Shown here: piece by piece, positions 21,215 to 31,121 of the stretch
Numbering within the stretch: position 1 is the first letter of the stretch
Layout: each line of letters starts with the position of its first letter
Source: a virus
IMG/VR virus record: IMGVR_UViG_3300026521_000226
Span: 7,778-71,777 of that record
Length of the DNA stretch: 64,000 nucleotides
Direction: 5' to 3' (one strand)
Made by a program: the position numbers and the translations under genes
Notes under the pieces: generated by a model
Databases searched by the model: none
Told to the model about the DNA's origin: nothing
Seen by the model: only the letters and a program-made list of their open reading frames with translations

Positions 21215-23821
21215 ATGAGTGAATGTACTTTAGAAAATAAGTTTAAATATAAATATGTAGACAAATATGTATCTTTCCCAGATCCTATAAATGAGTCTAT
21301 GGAAAGAATAAATAATTATACAGCAGATATAATCAAATCTGCTCCAATGATTAGGTTAAAAGATGTAGTGCTTGAAAAAGTAGATAAATTAGATGATAAA
21401 CTTGAAGAAAGTATAAGCGCTTATAAGTCAACAAAATCATATTTAAAAGACTTATCAGATTCACAATTATTTCAACAAGTTAGACACTATTTAAATAACT
21501 TTAAAAACGCAGACGACAATACAAGAAAAAGCAGATTATTAACACTCTACGATGAATATAGTAAAGAAAGAACTAAGATAGATGATACACAAGTAGGTGA
21601 TTTAGACGAAAAATTAAAAAATAATTTTACAACTGAAGAAATAGAAGATTTAGATAAAATATTTGCAAGAAGTGGAATATTTTCATTTATGCAAAAAGGT
21701 AGTGAGCATTTACTTGATGATATAAAAACTAAAGATCCATTATCACTAATTGGTTCTATAACTACAGATCCAACAATAATTGAGTTAGGAAAACAATATG
21801 GAGATTATTTTATTACAGGTAAATTAGTTGGCAAAACTCAAATACTTAATCAATCATTATCAACATTTACTGATGAAAAGAAATTACATATTAAACAAAT
21901 AGCAACATTACAAGCATTATCACATGTGCCTAATTTACAAGATATAATGAAAAAATTAAATAAATTTCCTATCATAAAATCTGAATTATTAGCAACAGCA
22001 AAATCAATTGAAACTTTAAGCAATGAATTATTCAGAAAAACAGGTGATGACAATTATATGGATATGAACTTAATAACAGATGTATATGAACATAACTATG
22101 AAAAATATCCACTAACATATGAAGAATTTAAAAAACTTGATACAAAAGAATGGCAAGTACTTAGAGAACCAACAAAAAACAGTTTAGGAATAAAATACAG
22201 AAAAGCTGATATTCAAAAAGTAGAAGGACTTGGTACCAACACATACTATATGCACAATCATATAGTTATTAGTGAAGAAATGAAAAATAAATTTGATATG
22301 ACACCAGTTTCTCAAATGCCTATGGGCAACAAATCACAAACATTGTATGTATTAACATTAACAACAGAAGAAAAAGAAAAATTAGGATTAGTTAAAAATC
22401 CAGCACATACCTTATATAGAAGTTTTAGTAGATACAAATTTATGCTCGATACTCAATTTATAAGAGATGATTTATTAAAAAACAACTCATATAAAGTAAA
22501 TGTTGGAAATATGTCTGAAATCGAAAGTATGATCAAGGATGATAAACATCCTTGGTTCTTAAAATTAGATGACAACACAAAATTTGAAGATCTACCAGAT
22601 AAAATAAAAAGAAAATATAAAAAAGTTGAAAATAAATCAAATATAGGTGGTTTTTCAGATAAGGTAGACTTGGTAAGAATTGATGTAGAGCCATGGCTAA
22701 TGGGCTTCAATAAAGTAAGATTTGATAAAAAACATAAAACTATGAATAATGCTTTAAGAGTGCTTCAAAAATTAGTTCTTATGTCAAAAATAGGTATGAT
22801 AATTCAGGCCCCTAAAAAACTTTTATTTGACTATACTTCAAATAATTTACTTCTATTAACAAAAGGCATACCACTTGGTTCTATAATTAAAGAAACAACA
22901 AAAGCAAGCAAAGGTTTAAAAGAATTACAAGATTTACATGGTAAATTAATTCAAGCAAACATAAATGTTTGGGGGTATCCTGAAGAGAAAAGATATGTTA
23001 AAATCAGAGATAACATAAAAAAACAATTAGAGAACCATAAATATAATTTTGCTTATTTTAATGGATTTCAACAATCATTATCTACTGATGTTATTTTAAA
23101 AGATTTTGACACTATTACAGGTCTTCATAATGATGTAAAAAATATAATTAAAAAATTTGTAAACAAAGCTAATAGTGAAGAATTGAATGCATTTGGGGAG
23201 ATAGTTAAGAAGTTTATGAAAAGTGGTAATGGTGGAATTGATGGGTTAATGGTAAAATTAGCAAATATGGGCGAGACAGGAATGCTAAAACAATCGTTAA
23301 AAGATATAGCAGATTCAATGAAGAAAACAAGAAAAGATGAAGATGTTGCACAATATTTATCTAATCTATTTTATTCACCTGGTTCTGAAGTGACAAAAGC
23401 AGGTACAGCATTTATGCAATGGACAGATACAGTACCAAGGATAATTCTATACCAACATTTAAGAAATAAAGGTATTAATGATACAGAAGCAGTACAACAA
23501 GCTATGGACACATTTATAGATTATAGACCTAATATGCCTAAAGAGATACAATTTTTATCAGATACATTTATATCTCCATTCCCAGCATTTGCTATTAAAG
23601 CTCAAAAGGTTATTTGGAATTTACTAAAAACAAAACCAGTATCATCAAGTATGCAATTATTTGCAGATCTAACTCAATCTCATTTATTTGGTGTTGATGT
23701 TAATAAATTAAATATCTTTGGTTCTAATGTATTTGAAAAAATATATAAAGATGAATTAATATCTCATCCACAGATGAATATATCAAATGCAGATGATTTT
23801 ATTTATTGGTTAATGAAATAG
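21215..23821 (+). CDS. Virion RNA polymerase region, piece 3 (C-terminal domain equivalent)
   Basis: 868 aa; C-terminal FMQWTD..PRIILYQHL..AMDTFIDY..FLSDTF resembles the end of N4-type vRNAPs; single Cys at residue 4. Confidence 0.65.
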   Translation: MSECTLENKFKYKYVDKYVSFPDPINESMERINNYTADIIKSAPMIRLKDVVLEKVDKLDDKLEESISAYKSTKSYLKDLSDSQLFQQVRHYLNNFKNADDNTRKSRLLTLYDEYSKERTKIDDTQVGDLDEKLKNNFTTEEIEDLDKIFARSGIFSFMQKGSEHLLDDIKTKDPLSLIGSITTDPTIIELGKQYGDYFITGKLVGKTQILNQSLSTFTDEKKLHIKQIATLQALSHVPNLQDIMKKLNKFPIIKSELLATAKSIETLSNELFRKTGDDNYMDMNLITDVYEHNYEKYPLTYEEFKKLDTKEWQVLREPTKNSLGIKYRKADIQKVEGLGTNTYYMHNHIVISEEMKNKFDMTPVSQMPMGNKSQTLYVLTLTTEEKEKLGLVKNPAHTLYRSFSRYKFMLDTQFIRDDLLKNNSYKVNVGNMSEIESMIKDDKHPWFLKLDDNTKFEDLPDKIKRKYKKVENKSNIGGFSDKVDLVRIDVEPWLMGFNKVRFDKKHKTMNNALRVLQKLVLMSKIGMIIQAPKKLLFDYTSNNLLLLTKGIPLGSIIKETTKASKGLKELQDLHGKLIQANINVWGYPEEKRYVKIRDNIKKQLENHKYNFAYFNGFQQSLSTDVILKDFDTITGLHNDVKNIIKKFVNKANSEELNAFGEIVKKFMKSGNGGIDGLMVKLANMGETGMLKQSLKDIADSMKKTRKDEDVAQYLSNLFYSPGSEVTKAGTAFMQWTDTVPRIILYQHLRNKGINDTEAVQQAMDTFIDYRPNMPKEIQFLSDTFISPFPAFAIKAQKVIWNLLKTKPVSSSMQLFADLTQSHLFGVDVNKLNIFGSNVFEKIYKDELISHPQMNISNADDFIYWLMK

Positions 23822-23823
23822 AG

Positions 23824-24015
23824 TTACGGCTTGTAACTCATTCCATCTGCCATTCTGAATTTATCATCATTATCTTCATCATCTAAATATACTAAAGAAC
23901 CAAAGAAGATTAATCCTATAGCCCCTATGATAAGTAAAAAATATGATAAATAAAATGACACTATAAGCATCATCACTAACAATATAGTTATCACTATTGA
24001 TTTTAAAACATTCAT
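23824..24015 (-). CDS. Small membrane protein
   Basis: 63 aa, two hydrophobic stretches; last gene of the minus-strand arm. Confidence 0.6.
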   Translation of the reverse strand: MNVLKSIVITILLVMMLIVSFYLSYFLLIIGAIGLIFFGSLVYLDDEDNDDKFRMADGMSYKP

Positions 24016-24173
24016 TCTCTTTTTTCCTTTTTATTAATAATTCTATATTTTGACATTATTTGCATTATCTCATCTATTTCAAATCCAGAAGAAAATAAAG
24101 TAGCACGCATATTAACATACCTTTCGTATGTTATAGGTATCTGAACTTTTGTTAATAAATCTGTTGTGTTCAT
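24012..24173 (-). CDS. Hypothetical protein (53 aa, not in the ORF track)
   Basis: MNTTDLLTKVQIP...KEKRE; start and stop overlap the neighbouring genes. Confidence 0.5.
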   Translation of the reverse strand: MNTTDLLTKVQIPITYERYVNMRATLFSSGFEIDEIMQIMSKYRIINKKEKRE

Positions 24174-24670
24174 TTAATTCTCGCCTTTTCAAAATCTGCT
24201 TTATATAATGTTTTTGGATCTTGTGACTTGTTTTTTTTCCATTTTTCACCGTGTTGTCTATCATTATCAAGATACCATCTATAATGTTGTTCTGGATCTT
24301 GTTCTCTTGATGAAATTTCTTTAACAACTTCATTTAAAGTTAAAATAGGATCATATCCTGCTTTTCTTATAGAACCAATTGCTATTGTTCTGATATCATT
24401 ACAAGCATCTATAAATTCATAAATATCATTATTTTTAGCAGCTTCTTTCATTTCATCTAACTCTTCTTCAAGTTTTTCAATTTCTTTATCCATATCAAAA
24501 CTTAATCCATATCTCTCTTCATTTAATTTAACAATATCTTTGATAGGATTTGGTTCTTTTTGCAAAGTATCTGCTATTTCTATTAATATCAAAGCATCTT
24601 CAACATTTTCTGCTTCTTCGTGCCAATCAGCTAAATCTCTTAAATTTTTAATCATTTCTTGTCTGTTCAT
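24170..24670 (-). CDS. MazG-like NTP pyrophosphohydrolase
   Basis: KLEEELDEM...EFIDACNDI (ExxE...ExxD pattern). Confidence 0.7.
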   Translation of the reverse strand: MNRQEMIKNLRDLADWHEEAENVEDALILIEIADTLQKEPNPIKDIVKLNEERYGLSFDMDKEIEKLEEELDEMKEAAKNNDIYEFIDACNDIRTIAIGSIRKAGYDPILTLNEVVKEISSREQDPEQHYRWYLDNDRQHGEKWKKNKSQDPKTLYKADFEKARIK

Positions 24671-24865
24671 TATTTTTCCTCCATTGTTATTTTATATTTT
24701 TTTTATTGCTTTTATTCTATGATAATATTAATTATATGGACCATATTTTTTGTTACTTTTTATTTTTTTTCAAATACGATTCACATTTATTGTAAGAACT
24801 TATACACATAACATCTATATTAAATAATTTATTTGTTTTTATTATTGTATATAAACTCATTCTTC

Positions 24866-25048
24866 TCATCCATATATATCTGTTACATTTAAACATAACA
24901 TATCATCTTTAATATATTTATAGTCATCAATAACCATAAACATTTTATATTCAAATTCCAATTCTTCAACTAATTCATCTAAATATTTAGTTTTTACTTT
25001 AATTAATTCAATGTCACCTGAATCTGATAATATTACTACATAATTCAT
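24866..25048 (-). CDS. Hypothetical protein
   Basis: 60 aa, coupled to the upstream gene. Confidence 0.5.
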   Translation of the reverse strand: MNYVVILSDSGDIELIKVKTKYLDELVEELEFEYKMFMVIDDYKYIKDDMLCLNVTDIYG

Positions 25049-25245
25049 TATTTTTCTTCTTTAATTTGTTTAAATTGCTTCTCAATATTGTTTAACGCTT
25101 CTACATTATCATCTAAATAACCAGAACCAAAGCTTTCTAACTCTTCTAAACAACAATCAGCAAATTCAATTAAATCTTCAATTAATTCTTCATATTGTTT
25201 TAACTTGTTTTCTATTTTTTCTAAATCTTTAATTGTTTTATTCAT
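25048..25245 (-). CDS. Hypothetical coiled-coil protein
   Basis: 65 aa, SD present. Confidence 0.5.
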   Translation of the reverse strand: MNKTIKDLEKIENKLKQYEELIEDLIEFADCCLEELESFGSGYLDDNVEALNNIEKQFKQIKEEK

Positions 25246-25249
25246 TTCT

Positions 25250-25453
25250 CTATCCTTTGAATATCCATTGATCTAAGTACCAAAATATAAAAGATCCAAT
25301 AATTTGAACTAAAATTAAATGAACATACTCTTGGTACCTTCCTTTACAACATTCTATTTTAATTAAGTACCAAATAAATGGTAGCATTACAACACCTGAT
25401 AATAACCATCTACCTAAATAGATTAAGAAATCTGCACTAAAATATGATATCAT
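25250..25453 (-). CDS. Small membrane protein
   Basis: 67 aa, two TM-like segments. Confidence 0.55.
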   Translation of the reverse strand: MISYFSADFLIYLGRWLLSGVVMLPFIWYLIKIECCKGRYQEYVHLILVQIIGSFIFWYLDQWIFKG

Positions 25454-25487
25454 TTATTTTCCTTTTAGAGTACCAGAGAGTTGGGTG

Positions 25488-26369
25488 TTAGAAATCTTTT
25501 CCATCTTCTTTTAGTTTATCCAATTTTAATTCATTATCTAATTTAATAATTTTATTTATCAAACAAATATCTTTTATAGATTCTTCAGTTAGTTCATTTT
25601 CATAATCATATTTATCTTGATATAAAGTATTCATTAAAGTATGAATTAGTTTGCAACTATCATTAACTGATTCTATATTTAATTTTTGTTTAATGTTCCA
25701 AAATAAATCTGCAACTTTATCTTCAAAATCGTACTGTGCAAAAAATGTACTATAATCTACAATTTTATTATTTTGCTTTGAATTATTCTCATTCATTATT
25801 TGTTCCTTTTCAAATGATAATAATGCATTTTTTATTGTTGATATACTCTTACTATATTTTCCACTTGGAAGTCTAACAGCGTTTCCTTGTTTTAAAGTTT
25901 GTATATAGTTCATCTCTTTAGCATAACCACTTTTAAGTATTTCCTCATAATTAGATAAATTCTCTCTTCTAACATTTGCTTCTTTTGAAGTTTTTGCTTT
26001 TGAATATTTTCTACCAACAACATATCTTTCATATGCAATTATTGTTTTTTCTGTAGCAGACAATCCTTTATTCATCATTTCTGCTATAGTAATGTCATCA
26101 ACAAGTTTATCTCTATCAACATTAGAACCAAATGATTTAGCAATAACTTTAATTCCTAATCTTCTGCATGCTTCACATCTATGTCTTCCATCAAGTAATT
26201 CTCCGTTATGAACAATAACCGGTTCTTTTTGACCTTTTTGTAAAATAGAATCTGTAATGTTATTTAATTTTGAAGAATTTAAATCCATATCAATAATACC
26301 TGCAACTTCTTCTGCTATGTTATTCAATAACATCTTTGGTTCTAACTGTTCAATAATAAAATTATTCAT
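25488..26369 (-). CDS. ParB N-terminal domain + HTH protein (paralogue 1)
   Basis: SILQKGQKEPVIVHNGELLDGRHRCEAC, then HTH-like YSKAKTSKEANVRRENLSNY. Confidence 0.75.
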   Translation of the reverse strand: MNNFIIEQLEPKMLLNNIAEEVAGIIDMDLNSSKLNNITDSILQKGQKEPVIVHNGELLDGRHRCEACRRLGIKVIAKSFGSNVDRDKLVDDITIAEMMNKGLSATEKTIIAYERYVVGRKYSKAKTSKEANVRRENLSNYEEILKSGYAKEMNYIQTLKQGNAVRLPSGKYSKSISTIKNALLSFEKEQIMNENNSKQNNKIVDYSTFFAQYDFEDKVADLFWNIKQKLNIESVNDSCKLIHTLMNTLYQDKYDYENELTEESIKDICLINKIIKLDNELKLDKLKEDGKDF

Positions 26370-26496
26370 TTATTTTCTCCTTTAGAACCAATCTGCAATA
26401 AGTTGACAATTTAAGACCTAATTTTTCTGCTTGCATCTTTAATTGTTCATATGTATTTTTATCAACTCTTACCATAATTTTTTCGTTCATGTCCAT
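26362..26496 (-). CDS. Ribbon-helix-helix (CopG/Arc-like) protein, 44 aa, not in the ORF track
   Basis: Hand translation MDMNEKIMVRVDKNTYEQLKMQAEKLGLKLSTYCRLVLKEKINE; AAGGA SD; overlaps the ParB start. Confidence 0.75.
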   Translation of the reverse strand: MDMNEKIMVRVDKNTYEQLKMQAEKLGLKLSTYCRLVLKEKINE

Positions 26497-26523
26497 ATCC
26501 TTTTGTTTTATTTTGTATACCAA

Positions 26524-26557
26524 ATTATACTAAATGTAGGCTTAAAGCATACTTAAA
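26524..26557 (-). promoter_or_regulatory. Campylobacterota-style sigma70 promoter
   Basis: TTTAAG-N5-TTTAAG-N11-TATAAT on the minus strand. Confidence 0.7.
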
Positions 26558-26582
26558 GTTGACAAAAGTATATAAATTGTAC

Positions 26583-26625
26583 CTGTCCACCCTGGACAGT
26601 TTTTAAAGGTGTCCACCCTGGACAG
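26583..26625. repeat. Two copies of palindrome TGTCCA-CCC-TGGACA
   Basis: 26584-26598 and 26610-26624, 26-bp period, GC-rich in an AT-rich background. Confidence 0.9.
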
Positions 26626-26704
26626 GTTATACAAAATTATTTAACATATATTATTATATATTAACTTAAGAGCAAATAAGATTATTACTGTTTTCATCAC
26701 ACTT

Positions 26705-27070
26705 TCACTTCTCTTTTAGTACCAAAGATATATTTTCTTCAATGTGAGTACCAGGTATGTTACCATCTTTTTTAATCTTAGACTTATCTGGTTCTATTTT
26801 GGTTCTAACATACTCTTTTGGTACTTCTTCTAAGTTATCAATTATAACTTTTGAATATTTGCGTTTAGATACTATATAACGATTAGTTTCAAATTTATAT
26901 ATATTTGGTGTTAAATCAATTATTTGTTGCTTAGCAAGGCTAATATCATCATTTATGGACGATAATTCCTCTTTAAGCTCAGAAATTTTCTCTTCAAGTA
27001 CATTCTTGGTGCTCAAATTTCTCTCAAGCAATTGAAATTGTTCTTTTAATAATTGTTCATTATTCATCAT
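26705..27070 (-). CDS. Siphovirus Gp157-like protein
   Basis: Coiled coil then VIIDNLEEVPKEYVRTKIEPDKSKIK...IPGTHIE. Confidence 0.75.
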   Translation of the reverse strand: MMNNEQLLKEQFQLLERNLSTKNVLEEKISELKEELSSINDDISLAKQQIIDLTPNIYKFETNRYIVSKRKYSKVIIDNLEEVPKEYVRTKIEPDKSKIKKDGNIPGTHIEENISLVLKEK

Positions 27071-27350
27071 CTTCCTTTAATTTTTTCCAAAGTTCCATAA
27101 TCCATTTAGGCATTTTTGTTAGTGTATCATCTAAATTGAACTTAAACTTAGTTTTATTTTCTATACATAACATATTCTTAGAACCAACATAATATAATGT
27201 ATAATCTTTTGTACTTATAATCAATTCTAAAGCACGATCGTTCTTATGTATTCTATATTTACATGGTTCTTTAATTTGCTCTATACAATCCTCTATACTG
27301 CCTTGTTTATACATTTGTATTTCCTTTAATTTCAAACTTTTTACACTCAC
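27060..27350 (-). CDS. Hypothetical protein (start may be the later MYKQ)
   Basis: ORF in a tightly packed operon. Confidence 0.5.
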   Translation of the reverse strand: MSVKSLKLKEIQMYKQGSIEDCIEQIKEPCKYRIHKNDRALELIISTKDYTLYYVGSKNMLCIENKTKFKFNLDDTLTKMPKWIMELWKKLKEDDE

Positions 27351-27642
27351 TATCTATCGCACCTTCAAATTCAGATAATTTATTTACAACTAATTGAGCA
27401 TAGTTGCTTATGTCTCGCATGTTATCAATATAATAAGGATTACCACTTGCAACACGAGAAAGTTTGTGTATGATCATTTCTGAGCACTCCATGATAATTG
27501 TATTAATATCTTCATATTTTGGTTCTGTATTTAAAGATAGAGCCAAATAAAATTCATTTTTCATTTTTTGACTAATCATTGATACTACTCCTATATCTCC
27601 ATATAAACTACCTCTTTCTTTTAATACTTTATTATCTGCCAT
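27307..27642 (-). CDS. DUF6378-like protein
   Basis: VLKERGSLYG...EMIIHKLSRVASGNP..DNMRDISNYAQL; SD favours the start at MADNK. Confidence 0.65.
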   Translation of the reverse strand: MADNKVLKERGSLYGDIGVVSMISQKMKNEFYLALSLNTEPKYEDINTIIMECSEMIIHKLSRVASGNPYYIDNMRDISNYAQLVVNKLSEFEGAIDSECKKFEIKGNTNV

Positions 27643-28049
27643 TACTTTATCTCCTTCCAAACATCTGCTATAAATTTAGCTACCATATTATCGTAATCTA
27701 AATCTCTCATATCATAATCTCTAAATACTGGTGTCTCAATAAAACTATCTAAATAATTTACAAAGTTTTTATTTTCAGCATTCTGAATCCAATCTTTAAT
27801 TTCATCTCTAATATCCCACTCTTCTTCTTTAATTGTGTCCAATACTTTTCTTCTCATATTTTCCATACCAATGTATAAAGTTGTATACATTAAAGCATTA
27901 AAATCTGGATTTTCATTAAATTGTCTTGCTTCCTCAACTATATCATATGGATCTATTTTATAGTTTTCTATATATTCATCTAATTGATCCCAATCACTAT
28001 ATCCACCACCTGTTAATTCTTGTAGTATTATGTTTAAATTACTAATCAT
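27642..28049 (-). CDS. Hypothetical acidic protein
   Basis: 135 aa ORF with SD. Confidence 0.55.
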   Translation of the reverse strand: MISNLNIILQELTGGGYSDWDQLDEYIENYKIDPYDIVEEARQFNENPDFNALMYTTLYIGMENMRRKVLDTIKEEEWDIRDEIKDWIQNAENKNFVNYLDSFIETPVFRDYDMRDLDYDNMVAKFIADVWKEIK

Positions 28050-28050
28050 T

Positions 28051-29532
28051 TTAATCTCCTATAATTGTGTGTTTTGCTCGTGTCTGCGCAACATAATACA
28101 AATATAATTCATGTTTATGTTTTGCTAAAAAAGCTTCTTTTTCTAACTTCTTTTTATCTTTAATGAATTCATCTTTCATTTTTTTTATATCTTCTAATAA
28201 AATTATAGTTCCTGCTTCTGAACCTTTTGCTGTATGTATTGTTGATAATGTTATATTTGATTTGTAATATAGACTATCTTTAACATGTTTATATACTTCA
28301 AATAATTCATATGGTCCTATATCCCAAATAAGTTTAATTGCCGATGTAACATCTGTGTTTCCTAATTCAACATATTTTCTAAATAAAAATGTTAAAAATC
28401 CAATTTGATTTCCATTTTCATCTTTTATGTTTAAATCAGTAAATGTATTGTAATCATTGAATATCCATTTATATTTGGTACTATCTATATACTTCCATCT
28501 TCCTGCAGATGAATTCATTAACGCGATTAAAGTACCAAAAATTGACTTATAATCTCTAAGTAATTTAAATTTTTTTCCTTCATTCATAAGTTCAATCATT
28601 TGTTTAATTAATGCTGCATTATTTCTTGATAAGTACAATATAGAGTTATCATTTGTATTAGTGTTAAGACCTTTAATTTCAAATTTATCATCTAAGAACT
28701 CTTGCATAAATTCTGTTGCTTTCCATGCAATCTCTTCCGTAAGTCTAAATGATTTTGTAAATCCAAATTCTACTTTTGGTTCTAATTGTTCATCAAATAT
28801 ATTTACAGTACCAATGAAGTTATACACATTTTGGTACTTATCACCGATAGCAATTTTAATAGGAATATCTAATGCTCTCAATGCATCATAGAATACCTCT
28901 GATGTATCTTGTGCTTCATCCACCATAATTACATCATATTCATCTTTTAACGAAATATGACCATCTATTACTAATTTGTGAAAAAGTTTCATATAGTATC
29001 CATGTGATTGCTTAATTTTATCTGTGTGCATTAATTGAAATATATTTTTCATTATAGAACCAAAGTCTATATTTTCTGTATTGTCTGGTATTTCTATTTT
29101 TGAATAAAATTTATCAATTTTCAAATCTCCTGATTTAAAAAAATCTTCCAACAATAAAGTAGCCTTATAAATATTTGCTTCGCTAACATTTTCTTTTAAT
29201 AAAGATTTAATCAACTTGATATCGTAATTAATAGTTAGATCTAATTTTTTAAATTTTCTAACTTGTTGAAAAGCAAATGAATTTATAGTGCTTATATCTG
29301 TATTTTCTGAAAATCCTTTTTGTTCTGCTTCTTGTTGCATAGATTTATTAAACACTACATATTTAATTTTAATCTTATCATCTTGGTTCTCTATTTTATG
29401 TGAAAGTTCACATAATGTACTTGATTTCCCTACTCCTGCAAGAGCATTAACAAGTATCCATTGTGGTTGTTTTTTCTTTATAAAACCAAGAGTGAAGTCA
29501 ACAAAAGCAGATTGTTCATCTGTTAATGTCAT
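28051..29532 (-). CDS. UvrD/Rep-like SF1 helicase
   Basis: ALAGVGKS, VDEAQD, GDKYQNVY, KSFR, STIHTAKGSE, YVAQTRAK. Confidence 0.9.
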   Translation of the reverse strand: MTLTDEQSAFVDFTLGFIKKKQPQWILVNALAGVGKSSTLCELSHKIENQDDKIKIKYVVFNKSMQQEAEQKGFSENTDISTINSFAFQQVRKFKKLDLTINYDIKLIKSLLKENVSEANIYKATLLLEDFFKSGDLKIDKFYSKIEIPDNTENIDFGSIMKNIFQLMHTDKIKQSHGYYMKLFHKLVIDGHISLKDEYDVIMVDEAQDTSEVFYDALRALDIPIKIAIGDKYQNVYNFIGTVNIFDEQLEPKVEFGFTKSFRLTEEIAWKATEFMQEFLDDKFEIKGLNTNTNDNSILYLSRNNAALIKQMIELMNEGKKFKLLRDYKSIFGTLIALMNSSAGRWKYIDSTKYKWIFNDYNTFTDLNIKDENGNQIGFLTFLFRKYVELGNTDVTSAIKLIWDIGPYELFEVYKHVKDSLYYKSNITLSTIHTAKGSEAGTIILLEDIKKMKDEFIKDKKKLEKEAFLAKHKHELYLYYVAQTRAKHTIIGD

Positions 29533-29946
29533 TTAATTCCTTTTTTTTTCAAATTTATATTGTATTGAATTATATGTTTGCAAAATAGTTAGTATATGAA
29601 ATAATTCATGAATAATAAAAGAGTTAGTTTCATTATGTTTTATAAGATTTATTTTATCTTTTGTTAATTTTATAAAACTATCCAAATCTAATACTATTCC
29701 ATCAGTAAGACAATATATACTTATTTTGTAAGCAATATCACCTAATTCCAATAAATAATCCATTATTTCTTTTTCTATTTGTAAATCATTAAATCTATGA
29801 TGTTCCGTTGCTGAAATCAATATAATTATTCTTCTGTTGAATATAATATCTAATTCTCTTAGTTTTTCTTTATATTCATTTTTTATATCATTGTTAGAAT
29901 AAACAAATAAACTACAAAATTTTTCAAACATAATGTTACCTCTCAA
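29533..29946 (-). CDS. Hypothetical protein
   Basis: 137 aa ORF. Confidence 0.5.
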   Translation of the reverse strand: MRGNIMFEKFCSLFVYSNNDIKNEYKEKLRELDIIFNRRIIILISATEHHRFNDLQIEKEIMDYLLELGDIAYKISIYCLTDGIVLDLDSFIKLTKDKINLIKHNETNSFIIHELFHILTILQTYNSIQYKFEKKRN

Positions 29947-30313
29947 ATATCTTAATTTTTAAAACATGTTGATTTAATGTTTTATCAACTCGCATTTGAT
30001 GTATAGTTACTGAAGTTTGATTATCATCTTCTAAAGAACCAAGTTCAACTATGCTGTCTTCAAGTGTTTTGTGCATTAAAGCAACATTTATAGCATCTCT
30101 TCTACGTTTATCTTTATAGATAGGTTGTATATCAAAGTGTATTTCTTTAGGAAGCTTGTCATCTTCATCTAAGAACCAATCTTTAAGTAATGTTTTATAC
30201 TCATTTTTCAATTTTGATTTAACAGACCAATGAAGTCTGCTCCACATATTGATAGAGCAGATTTGGTTCTTATGCATCATCATTGGTACTGTAAATTCTT
30301 TAAGTAGTTTCAA
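29936..30313 (-). CDS. RusA-like Holliday junction resolvase
   Basis: SIN...HW, KRRRDAIN..KTLEDSIVELGSLEDDN. Confidence 0.75.
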   Translation of the reverse strand: MKLLKEFTVPMMMHKNQICSINMWSRLHWSVKSKLKNEYKTLLKDWFLDEDDKLPKEIHFDIQPIYKDKRRRDAINVALMHKTLEDSIVELGSLEDDNQTSVTIHQMRVDKTLNQHVLKIKIFER

Positions 30314-30937
30314 TTAAAAGTCCATATCTTCAACAGCTTTTTTTTGATCTTCAGTTGGTTCAGCGCTTGTTTTTTTAGGTTTATATCCAGATTTCCATTT
30401 AAATATACCATTGTGTTTTTCAACTTTTGCTGTGAATTTTTCAATATCTTCAGAACCTGCCCAAGTAATACCTTCGATATCATTGCTTTCTCTATATTGA
30501 TCATCTTCAGGTCTATCAGTATCAAGTGATTTTCTAACAAGAACTTTTACTTTCTTACCATTAACACCATTGATTTGCTTACCATCAACATCTTTACCAA
30601 ACATTTTAAATTGAATGTCTTTCCCAATAGTCATATCGTTAATATCAACATTTGTTGCTTTTGCAATAGACTTCAGTCTACTAACAAACCCTTTATTTGG
30701 TTCCCCAGATTGAAGTAATTTACCAACATCTTTTCTAAATGATAAAATTCTACCATCAACATCAATCTCTACTCTTAACATAGTAGCATCAAAATATGGA
30801 TTTTTATAAATAATCACATTTTTAATTTCACCATCATACACACCAGATTCTAATAAACTAAATCCTTCACCAACTGTACTTTCACTTGCTTCTTCGTACA
30901 CTTCTTTGTCAATTCCTAACTCATTTAATAAACCCAT
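30314..30937 (-). CDS. Single-stranded DNA-binding protein (N4 gp45/DUF669-like)
   Basis: LLESGVYDGEIK, GKKVKVLV..RESNDI, acidic tail ending DMDF; near a Sak4-like ATPase. Confidence 0.65.
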   Translation of the reverse strand: MGLLNELGIDKEVYEEASESTVGEGFSLLESGVYDGEIKNVIIYKNPYFDATMLRVEIDVDGRILSFRKDVGKLLQSGEPNKGFVSRLKSIAKATNVDINDMTIGKDIQFKMFGKDVDGKQINGVNGKKVKVLVRKSLDTDRPEDDQYRESNDIEGITWAGSEDIEKFTAKVEKHNGIFKWKSGYKPKKTSAEPTEDQKKAVEDMDF

Positions 30938-30938
30938 A

Positions 30939-31121
30939 TTATTCTCCTTGTTCTTTATTTAATTCTACTGTTTCATCTTGAATATTAAATTCAACTAACG
31001 CTTCTACTTTACTACCTCTTCTAACTTTAATGTCTACATTGTTTACATCAAATGTACCACTATTTTCAACATAGTTTTTTACTGCTTTAAGCACTTCCTC
31101 GTGTGTAATTGTTAATATCAT
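30939..31121 (-). CDS. Hypothetical protein
   Basis: 60 aa, coupled. Confidence 0.55.
   Translation of the reverse strand: MILTITHEEVLKAVKNYVENSGTFDVNNVDIKVRRGSKVEALVEFNIQDETVELNKEQGE

Noticed and set aside
16766-21217. Stop-codon readthrough, recoding or sequencing error joining the three in-frame vRNAP ORFs
   Set aside because: Junction 1 has two different stops (TGA then TAA), both junctions have strong SDs, and TAA/TGA/TAG act as normal stops elsewhere.
23821-23824. Bidirectional terminator at the convergence of the two arms
   Set aside because: Only 2 bp separate the stop codons and I saw no hairpin.
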